Shown piece by piece: positions 25,731 to 32,201 of a stretch of DNA of 32,201 nucleotides. Positions within the stretch are counted from its first letter, which is position 1. Every line of letters begins with the position of its first letter. Under the pieces are notes generated by a model. That model worked only from the letters and a program-made list of their open reading frames with translations. It was not told the DNA's origin and did no database searches. The stretch covers positions 1 through 32,201 of the forward strand of contig JBFMCE010000044.1 of the NCBI GenBank assembly GCA_040754655.1, read 5' to 3'. The position numbers and the translations under genes were made by a program. The DNA comes from Bdellovibrionota bacterium. GTDB lineage: Bacteria; Bdellovibrionota; UBA1018; UBA923.

Positions 25731-26879
25731 ATGGCAACGTCAATCAAGGTCAAAACCGTAGAGTCCAAACAAGAACGCGACGACTTTTTCTTATTGCCTT
25801 GGGATATTCACGAAGACGATAAGAACTGGGTTCCCCCGCTTTTGCTCTCGGTCAAACAGACCTTGGATACCGCCAAGAATCCATTCTGGAAGCATGCGAA
25901 ACAAAAGTTGTGGGTTGCCTATCAAGGTGGCGCTTGCGTCGGGCGTATCGCTGGCGTGATCGATGAGAGCCACAACAAGTTTCATGGCGAGACCACGGCG
26001 TTCTGGGGTTTTTTTGAATGCATCAATGACATTGAAGTCGCTCGGGCCTTGTTTTCGGTTGTCGAAGCCTGGTCGCGTGAGCAGGGGATGAATGTTTTGC
26101 GCGGACCGATGAATCCCTCGACCAACCATGAATGCGGTTTGCAGATCAATGCATTCGATACCAAACCCTTCATCATGATGACTCAAAACCCTGCTTACTA
26201 TCCTGAATTGGTTGAGAAGGCGGGGTTTTCAAAGGCCAAAGATCTTTACGCCTGGCTTCTCGACAACTCAAGAAAGTTTGATGACAAGCTCGTTCAAAAT
26301 GCGAAGCGCTTGCAAGAGTCGCAAGGCATCGTGGTTCGTCCGATCGACATGGCTAAGTATGAGGAAGAGATCGAGAAGATCATTGAAGTTTACAATGACG
26401 CCTGGGAAAAAAACTGGGGATTTGTTCCGATGACCAACGAAGAGTTCAGGCACATGGCGAAAGACATGAAGCCAATTCTCGTGCCTCAACTCGTTTACAT
26501 CGTAGAAGTGCGCGGAGAGACCGCGGGATTTTCGCTTTGGCTTCCTGACCTGAATCAGGTGATGGCTAAGATTCCTGACGGCAAGCTCTTTCCCGCGGGA
26601 CTGATCAAGTTGCTCTGGTACACCAAAGTAAAACGAATCGTGAATCGGGGCCGAATTCTTACCTTGGGAGTGAAGAAAAAATATCGCAACCTGGGTTTGG
26701 CCTCACTCTTGTATCTCAGATACTACGAAGACGCTCCCGCGTTGGGCTATCCCTTGGGAGAATGTTCGTGGATTCTCGAAGACAATGCCGCTATGAATCA
26801 AGGATTGAAGCTCATGAAGGCGGATTTGTACAAAACGTACAGAATCTACGATAAGCCTTTAACCACGCAGTTGAATTAA
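25731..26879 (+). CDS. GNAT-fold acyltransferase resembling bacterial ceramide synthase (bCerS)
   Basis: NWVPPL, NPFWKH, VGRIAG, FWGFFEC, LRGPMNPSTNHECGL, NPAYY, NDAWEKNWGFVPMT, SWILEDN, KTYRIY; lies directly after spt. Confidence 0.8.
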   Translation: MATSIKVKTVESKQERDDFFLLPWDIHEDDKNWVPPLLLSVKQTLDTAKNPFWKHAKQKLWVAYQGGACVGRIAGVIDESHNKFHGETTAFWGFFECINDIEVARALFSVVEAWSREQGMNVLRGPMNPSTNHECGLQINAFDTKPFIMMTQNPAYYPELVEKAGFSKAKDLYAWLLDNSRKFDDKLVQNAKRLQESQGIVVRPIDMAKYEEEIEKIIEVYNDAWEKNWGFVPMTNEEFRHMAKDMKPILVPQLVYIVEVRGETAGFSLWLPDLNQVMAKIPDGKLFPAGLIKLLWYTKVKRIVNRGRILTLGVKKKYRNLGLASLLYLRYYEDAPALGYPLGECSWILEDNAAMNQGLKLMKADLYKTYRIYDKPLTTQLN

Positions 26880-26907
26880 AGAAGTGGATCCGACATCATA
26901 GCAAGAG

Positions 26908-27411
26908 ATGAAAACACTGGGCATTGACCCCGGCTCTCGGCTTCTAGGATTTGGCGTAGTTTCAAAGTCAGGAACGAAACTGTGTTCCCACTCTTTTGGG
27001 ACATTGAAGTTCAATACGAAGGTCGAAGCGAATGAGCGCTTGCTTGAGATTTATACAGGCGTGAAAGAGCTTATCGAAAAGTTTCGACCCGATCATGTGG
27101 CCATCGAGAAAGTCTTTTTCGCTAAAAACGTTGTTTCTGCCTTGAAACTTGGGCAAGCCCGGGGGGCAGCCATTCTTGCCGTGACCGAGGCAAAAATTCC
27201 TTTGTTTGAATACAGCCCGAATGCCATCAAGCAGGCCACCGTTGGATTTGGGCACGCCGACAAAGAACAGGTCGCTCGCATGGTGACACGTATTTTAGGC
27301 GTCCAAGAATTTCAAAGTTATGACGCCTCTGACGCACTAGCTATTGCCATTTGTCATCTGCACACCTACACCTATACATCGCGAATTCAAAAAGCTCTTG
27401 AGCAGTCTTGA
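26908..27411 (+). CDS. ruvC: Holliday junction resolvase
   Basis: LGIDPG, AIEKVFF, LGQARG, DASDALAIAICH. Confidence 0.97.
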   Translation: MKTLGIDPGSRLLGFGVVSKSGTKLCSHSFGTLKFNTKVEANERLLEIYTGVKELIEKFRPDHVAIEKVFFAKNVVSALKLGQARGAAILAVTEAKIPLFEYSPNAIKQATVGFGHADKEQVARMVTRILGVQEFQSYDASDALAIAICHLHTYTYTSRIQKALEQS

Positions 27412-27441
27412 GCAAAGAGATTCTAGGTAGGGGCGTTTTCA

Positions 27442-28158
27442 ATGATTGGCTACATTTCAGGCAAACTCATCTCGTCAGAAGACAATACGCTTTTGGTTGA
27501 CGTGTCTGGGGTCGGCTATAGCGTCTTGGTTTCTTCGCATCTAGCCACGAGTCTTCGTTTAGGGGCGGTCGTTGAATTGTATATTTACACGAATCTGCGT
27601 GAAAACGCCCTCGAGCTCTTTGGTTTTTCGAACCCCTGGGAAAAGAGGGTCTTTCTTTTGCTGACAAGCGTTTCAGGTGTTGGGCCTCGTACCGCGCTTT
27701 CTATTTTAAGCGGCGTCGAACCGAACATCATTCTTTCCGCGATCGTGAGAGACGATAAGCTTTCTCTAACCCGTGTGCCTGGAGTGGGTAAAAAGACCGC
27801 AGAAAGACTGATCGTCGAGCTTAGCGAGAAGGCGCGCAAGCTCTTGGCGGAACGTCCTTCAGCTCAAAGCGCAAATGCAGGGTCGCAAAGTGCGGGTATT
27901 TCGTCAAAAAGCGCTTCTCATGACTCAATCATTCCACCGCAAGGCGCTAGTGCGTCTGCTTCCGCTCAAAGTTTGGATGTGACGGATCTCTGGAATGAAG
28001 CTCTAGCGGCATTGGTGAACTTGGGCTACCGCGACGCTGAAGCGATCGCTGCGATCAAAGTGGCTTCAAATCGGGCCAGCGAGTCAGGATTGGTTTTGTC
28101 GCTTGAGCAGTTGATTCGCGGGTCGTTGCAGTTGATGACGAAAGGAATCGCACGATGA
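27442..28158 (+). CDS. ruvA: Holliday junction branch migration protein A
   Basis: [41 protein letters not shown]. Confidence 0.96.
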   Translation: MIGYISGKLISSEDNTLLVDVSGVGYSVLVSSHLATSLRLGAVVELYIYTNLRENALELFGFSNPWEKRVFLLLTSVSGVGPRTALSILSGVEPNIILSAIVRDDKLSLTRVPGVGKKTAERLIVELSEKARKLLAERPSAQSANAGSQSAGISSKSASHDSIIPPQGASASASAQSLDVTDLWNEALAALVNLGYRDAEAIAAIKVASNRASESGLVLSLEQLIRGSLQLMTKGIAR

Positions 28159-29183
28159 GCATCGAAGTCAACGAAGCGCGCGAGCCAGTTCAACTTCAAG
28201 ACGAAGGTACCGTCGAGCTTAGCCTTCGACCCAAGGATTTCGGAGATTACATCGGTCAGCAGAAGGTGACATCAAATCTGAAGATGTTCATCTTGGCGGC
28301 TAAGCAACGGGGCGATGCTTTAGACCATTGTTTGTTTTCAGGCCCACCTGGACTTGGTAAAACGACGCTTGCTCACATCGTTGCCAATCAAATGGGTTCG
28401 CAGCTGCACACCATTGCTGCGCCCGCGATCGATAAAAAGGGCGACCTTGCGGCTATCCTTTCCAACCTTCAGACCAAAGATGTCTTGTTCATCGATGAGA
28501 TCCATCGTCTGCCTCGGGTCATCGAGGAAGTGCTCTACAGCGCGATGGAAGATTTTCAGCTCGACATCATCATTGGGCAAGGCCCTGCGGCAAAGACCCT
28601 TAAAATCGATTTGCCTCCGTTCACCTTGGTCGGTGCCACAACGCGGACGGGATTGCTGACGAATCCACTGCGTGATCGATTTGGTTTGTCATTTCGCCTC
28701 GATTTTTATCAGCCTCAAGAGCTTGAGAAGATTGTCACGAGATCGGCCGGAATCTTAAAGGTTGAAATCACGGGTGAGGGATCTTCTGAGATCGCCAAGA
28801 GAAGCAGGGGCACTCCTCGCATTGCCAACCGGCTTTTGCGTCGGGTTCGTGATTTTGCCCAAGTGCGCGCTGGCGGAAAGATCACGGAAGGCGTTGCTAA
28901 GGATGCTCTTGCGATGCTCGAAGTCGATCCTAACGGACTCGATTCGATGGACCGCAGAATCCTTTCGATCATTGTCGAGAAGTTTGATGGCGGCCCGGTA
29001 GGGATCGAGACTCTTTCTGCCGCCATTGGGGAAGAGCGCGATACTCTTGAAGACGTCTATGAACCTTTTTTAATTCAAGAAGGTTTTTTACAACGCACGC
29101 CTCGAGGGCGGGTGGCCACTCGAAAAAGCTTTGAGCTTTTAGGAATCGATTATCGCTCACCAGAGACTCCATCCTTGTTCTAA
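28155..29183 (+). CDS. ruvB: Holliday junction branch migration ATPase B
   Basis: [52 protein letters not shown]. Confidence 0.98.
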   Translation: MSIEVNEAREPVQLQDEGTVELSLRPKDFGDYIGQQKVTSNLKMFILAAKQRGDALDHCLFSGPPGLGKTTLAHIVANQMGSQLHTIAAPAIDKKGDLAAILSNLQTKDVLFIDEIHRLPRVIEEVLYSAMEDFQLDIIIGQGPAAKTLKIDLPPFTLVGATTRTGLLTNPLRDRFGLSFRLDFYQPQELEKIVTRSAGILKVEITGEGSSEIAKRSRGTPRIANRLLRRVRDFAQVRAGGKITEGVAKDALAMLEVDPNGLDSMDRRILSIIVEKFDGGPVGIETLSAAIGEERDTLEDVYEPFLIQEGFLQRTPRGRVATRKSFELLGIDYRSPETPSLF

Positions 29184-29231
29184 CAACTCTTTAGAGGGTT
29201 TAGATTCAGAAGAGACTAACGCGACAAATCA

Positions 29232-29249
29232 TGTGTCTCACAAGACACA
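29232..29249. promoter_or_regulatory. Candidate upstream activator site (inverted repeat) for the lpxC sigma54 promoter
   Basis: TGTGTCT-CACA-AGACACA, about 130 bp upstream of the -24 box. Confidence 0.45.
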
Positions 29250-29325
29250 CTTTAAATTTTTAAGCTGTGGTTAGTCTGACACGCTTCTTACGGAAAAATT
29301 ACTTGATCAATTATATTTAATATTA

Positions 29326-29338
29326 TAACCTATTGATA
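29326..29338 (-). promoter_or_regulatory. Candidate IHF site
   Basis: The minus strand reads TATCAATAGGTTA (WATCAANNNNTTR), in an AT-rich tract between the inverted repeat and the -24/-12 box. Confidence 0.55.
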
Positions 29339-29376
29339 TTACTAAAGGTAAAACTTTGCCTCCAACCTTAAGATTC

Positions 29377-29391
29377 TGGCACGTCCGTTGC
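29377..29391 (+). promoter_or_regulatory. Sigma54 (-24/-12) promoter upstream of lpxC
   Basis: TGGCAC-GTCCG-TTGC is an exact TGGCAC-N5-TTGC match. Confidence 0.75.
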
Positions 29392-29405
29392 GTTAGTAGG
29401 ATTTG

Positions 29406-30347
29406 ATGAGTGAGCAGACCACATTAAAAAGAAAGATCACTTTAAGGGGAGTTGGGCTTCATGCAGGGGCTCGAACGACGTGTGTGATTCATCCTGCACC
29501 CGCAAATCATGGCGTCATCTTCTTAAGATCTGACTTGGCTACTCAACCTCGCATTCGCGCGGAAGCATCGAAGGTAGTTCGCACCGACCTCAGCACGACT
29601 CTCGGGTCTGAAGGTGTTGTTGTCGCAACAATCGAACATTTGATGGCTGCCTTGAGCGGAATGGGCGTCGACAACGCTTTAGTCGAAGTAGACGGTCCTG
29701 AGGTTCCTATCATGGATGGAAGCTCTAGAGAGTTTGCGGATGCGATCGCTGATGCCGGAGTGCGCACGCTAGCGATAGGACGCAAGGCTCTGAGATTGAA
29801 GCAAAAGGTTTGTGTTCGTGTGGGCGATAAGTTCGTTTTGGGCGAACCCGCGAAGAAGCTCTCGATCAAAGGATCGATTCAATTCAACCACCGAGTCATT
29901 GGTGAGCAGACTTATAAGTTTTCAAGTGATCGTGATTTTCGCCAAGAAATCGCATCGGCCCGTACCTTTGGATTTTTGAAAGAGGTTCAGTTCCTTCATA
30001 GCAAAGGCCTTGCATTGGGCGGCTCGCTCGATAATGCGCTTGTGCTGGATGAAGAGAGGTTGCTCAATAGCGAGGGCTTGCGGTATCAGAACGAGTTCGT
30101 GCGCCATAAGATCCTCGATGCTTTGGGTGATTTGGCTCTTTTTGGAATGCCCAGGCTTGAAGCTTCGATTGAAGTGCATAAGGCAGGCCACGAGCTTCAT
30201 GCATTGTTTGTTCGCAAGGTTTTAGAAGATTCCGCCAATTATGAGATCATTGATCTTAAGAGTGCCGCTCAACAGAGACAAGAGCAAGCTTCAGAAGAGC
30301 TCTTGGCAGACGAAGAACTCGCCGCAGGCCTTGCACACGCCTATTGA
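29406..30347 (+). CDS. lpxC: UDP-3-O-acyl-N-acetylglucosamine deacetylase (alternative TTG start at 29403)
   Basis: QTTL...GVGLHAG, TIEHLMAAL, PIMDGSS, ARTFGF, GGSLDNA, HKILDALGDL, AGH. Confidence 0.97.
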   Translation: MSEQTTLKRKITLRGVGLHAGARTTCVIHPAPANHGVIFLRSDLATQPRIRAEASKVVRTDLSTTLGSEGVVVATIEHLMAALSGMGVDNALVEVDGPEVPIMDGSSREFADAIADAGVRTLAIGRKALRLKQKVCVRVGDKFVLGEPAKKLSIKGSIQFNHRVIGEQTYKFSSDRDFRQEIASARTFGFLKEVQFLHSKGLALGGSLDNALVLDEERLLNSEGLRYQNEFVRHKILDALGDLALFGMPRLEASIEVHKAGHELHALFVRKVLEDSANYEIIDLKSAAQQRQEQASEELLADEELAAGLAHAY

Positions 30348-30502
30348 TCTGATTCTATTGATATTGACAGTATCCGTGTTTATCCATTAGTAATGGGGCC
30401 CTTATTCTTTGCTTACTTGCTCGCATGTAGGTCTTTTTAGTGAGCGGAGTAATGAGGTTTTTTCTACACCCCGCTTCGCTTCTTTTGTTTGTTTATTTAG
30501 GT

Positions 30503-30579
30503 CGGGCCGTAGCGCAGCCTGGTAGCGCACTTCCTTGGGGTGGAAGGGGTCGCTGGTTCAAATCCAGTCGGCCCGACCA
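30503..30579 (+). tRNA. tRNA-Pro (anticodon GGG)
   Basis: 77 nt; acceptor stem CGGGCCG/CGGCCCG; D-arm GCGC...GCGC; anticodon arm CTTCC-TTGGGGT-GGAAG; T-loop GGTTCAAATCC; encoded CCA. Confidence 0.97.
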
Positions 30580-30711
30580 AATTCTTTAGCTACTCTATAA
30601 AAACAAAAACAGAACTGACCCTTGCCTCTTTGAGTATGTGCTTTTGCGATGTGCAGAGGTTTGGCTGCGGGAGGTTCTTTTTTTGTTTTTATAGAGTAGC
30701 TAAAGAATTTG
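30578..30711. repeat. Long inverted repeat (32-bp perfect arms)
   Basis: CAAATTCTTTAGCTACTCTATAAAAACAAAAA (30578-30609) and its exact reverse complement (30680-30711); extends to 38 bp with one mismatch. Confidence 0.93.
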
Positions 30712-30713
30712 AG

Positions 30714-30875
30714 CAGGACCGTACTGGTGAATGAGGCGGCGGTTCGTGCGAAAGCACGAAGCTGGTTCGCCGCACGTAGGCAGTATGCCGAAGTGAACGA
30801 GCACGGCTCGAAGAGCCGCGCGCAGCCCGTAGGGTCGAGGCCGGGAGGCCGAGATAAATCCAGTCGGCCCGACCA
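30714..30875 (+). ncRNA. Candidate structured, RtT-like tRNA-linked element
   Basis: Series of GC-rich hairpins with GAAA, GTA, GAA and GGGA loops, ending in a tRNA 3'-end copy with ACCA. Confidence 0.5.
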
Positions 30876-30999
30876 ATTTTCTTTCAAGGCTTTTTCCAAA
30901 AACACCCTAAACACCGAAAATCAAAAACCAATGGCGTTAAGGGTTTATCGATGTCGCTTCCGGGAGGCGTCACTCAGAATCAGCAGCCGTAAGTACGAT

Positions 31000-31032
31000 T
31001 GACTGAGTTTTGGCTGAGTGGTGGCTGAGCGG
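31000..31032 (+). repeat. Three tandem 11-bp repeats
   Basis: TGACTGAGTTT / TGGCTGAGTGG / TGGCTGAGCGG. Confidence 0.7.
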
Positions 31033-31401
31033 GAGCGCGGTCTGTTGCGGGGTTGGCTATTTTATACTGCTCCCCTTAAAACTGTTTACAGCAATAGCCG
31101 GAGACATTTCTAGAGTCTGAACCCTTGAGTCGGACTTTGTGTTAAAGAGGGGCGGGCAAGCAAGGGGTCTGACGTCAGCCCCCGATAATTCGTCTGAGGG
31201 CTTCGCCCCCAAGTCCCCCTGCGGAAGAAAATGGGACGCCTGTCCCTGCAGATCGCTTTAGGTAGGAAATGAGAGAGAAATACGTGCATCGGGTCAATCT
31301 TGGCCATTACCTTTTCCGTTTTCTGAAGACATGGTCTTCAAGCACAAGAGCATCCTTTTCATTCTCTGCGTCCGTATCTCCTCGAAGCTTTTTTGTATAA
31401 G

Positions 31402-32022
31402 TTAAACAACTCGCGGTTCTTGTCCAAGAAAGGCAAGCAGTCGCAAGCGTTGCAACTCTGTTTGATGCTCAACGATGCGCTCATATTCGGCCTTAGAGTA
31501 AACGCTCATTCCCAGGAGCATTGCGCCCGCTAAAAATTGGGTTGATGATTCGATGAAACGGCGGATTTCTTCAGGAGTGCGATATATTTTGAACTCTTGC
31601 AGGATATCTTTAATGTTTTGTTCATCCTTTTCCATCACCAGTATTCGATGTTTGAGCATGAGTTTGTGGAATTCCCTCCTAAAGGTGGCGTAATAGTATC
31701 CCAATAAAAAACATTGGTAGTATTTGGCATTACTCGGATGGAAGATCTCAAAATTATAACGAATCCTTTCCAGGAAGAGATCAATTCCTCTCAAGCTCAA
31801 ATCTGGTTTGGCTATAGACAGCTGAGTTTCTTCTAGGAAGTATTTTAGAACCAGATAGAAGAGGTCTTTTTTCTTTGGTACGTGGTAGTGCACTAGACCC
31901 ACCGAGATCCCAGCTTTTTTTGCAATCGCTCGGAGCGTGGTTTTTTCAGGACCCAACGTCACCACGCAATCCATCGCAGCTTCCATGATTTTTTGATAGC
32001 CCTTGGCCTTGTCTTGAATCAT
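31402..32022 (-). CDS. TetR/AcrR-family transcriptional regulator
   Basis: N-terminal HTH IMEAA...G...TTLRAIAKKAGISVGLVHYHVPKKKDL. Confidence 0.9.
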   Translation of the reverse strand: MIQDKAKGYQKIMEAAMDCVVTLGPEKTTLRAIAKKAGISVGLVHYHVPKKKDLFYLVLKYFLEETQLSIAKPDLSLRGIDLFLERIRYNFEIFHPSNAKYYQCFLLGYYYATFRREFHKLMLKHRILVMEKDEQNIKDILQEFKIYRTPEEIRRFIESSTQFLAGAMLLGMSVYSKAEYERIVEHQTELQRLRLLAFLGQEPRVV

Positions 32023-32040
32023 CCTCTTAGTTTATATATT

Positions 32041-32120
32041 TTAGTACAAATGACCAGTTTTATGTTGATGAAATAACTGTTGTCAGGTATTAACGCCATA
32101 TAACTGGTCATTTGACCAGT
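32041..32120. promoter_or_regulatory. Two candidate TetR operators
   Basis: Palindrome ACTGGTCA-TT-TGACCAGT (32103-32120) and an imperfect copy TTAGTACAAATGACCAGT (32041-32058). Confidence 0.65.
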
Positions 32121-32201
32121 ATGCGAGGTTCAAATGAATTTAGTTAGAGTATGGTATATTTTAGTTTTTTTTGCTTTTCACGGGATGCTCACTTTTGCTG
32201 C

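Larger units (their letters stand above)
30560..30876 (+). repeat. 21-bp direct repeat of the tRNA-Pro 3' end, bounding a 296-bp unit
   Basis: AAATCCAGTCGGCCCGACCAA occurs at 30560-30580 and at 30856-30876. Confidence 0.93.

Noticed and set aside
30364..30394. Sigma70 promoter for tRNA-Pro
   Set aside because: TTGACA is perfect, but there is no TAnnnT -10 at 16-18 bp spacing.
30560..31032. CRISPR array or intact prophage/ICE
   Set aside because: Only two tRNA-derived repeats 296 bp apart and short tandem repeats without spacers; no cas, integrase or phage genes in the window.
30540..31307. Short ORFs 30540..30734, 30558..30914, 30709..31002 and 31110..31307
   Set aside because: They overlap the tRNA, the inverted repeat or hairpin tracts; the shared FFSYSIKTK peptide simply reflects the inverted repeat.

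Overview
A gene-dense chromosomal window, most likely from a Bdellovibrionota-type bacterium. This is an inference from a TIGR02147/DUF4423-like regulator, RxPAS motifs in exported proteins, and spt plus lpxC. Left to right: a hypothetical gene and speA, a stand-alone rtcB, and a membrane Cache-HAMP class III adenylate cyclase with a C-terminal GYF_2-like domain. The cyclase is divergent from a FecR-(FN3)x5 membrane protein and an (FN3)x3 beta-barrel protein. Next are a secreted repeat protein and an envelope glycosyltransferase cluster (GT2/GT9) that is interrupted by a HExxH lipoprotein, a TIGR02147-like regulator and a thioredoxin-like gene. Then come a Nit1-type hydrolase, ugd, GT2-GATase-UPF0104, an orphan OmpR-type regulator and a probable sigma28-driven hypothetical gene. 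An apparent spt-bcerS-ruvCAB operon follows, then lpxC behind a full sigma54 promoter architecture. The window ends with tRNA-Pro(GGG), a 296-bp structured element bounded by a 21-bp duplication of the tRNA 3' end, possible integrase arm sites, and a TetR gene with palindromic operators. Strongest leads: (1) a possible sigma-factor-free trans-envelope signalling module ending in cAMP; (2) ceramide synthesis genes beside glycosylation genes and linked to ruvCAB; (3) the tRNA-linked structured repeat. All calls come from motif reading by eye; no searches were run.
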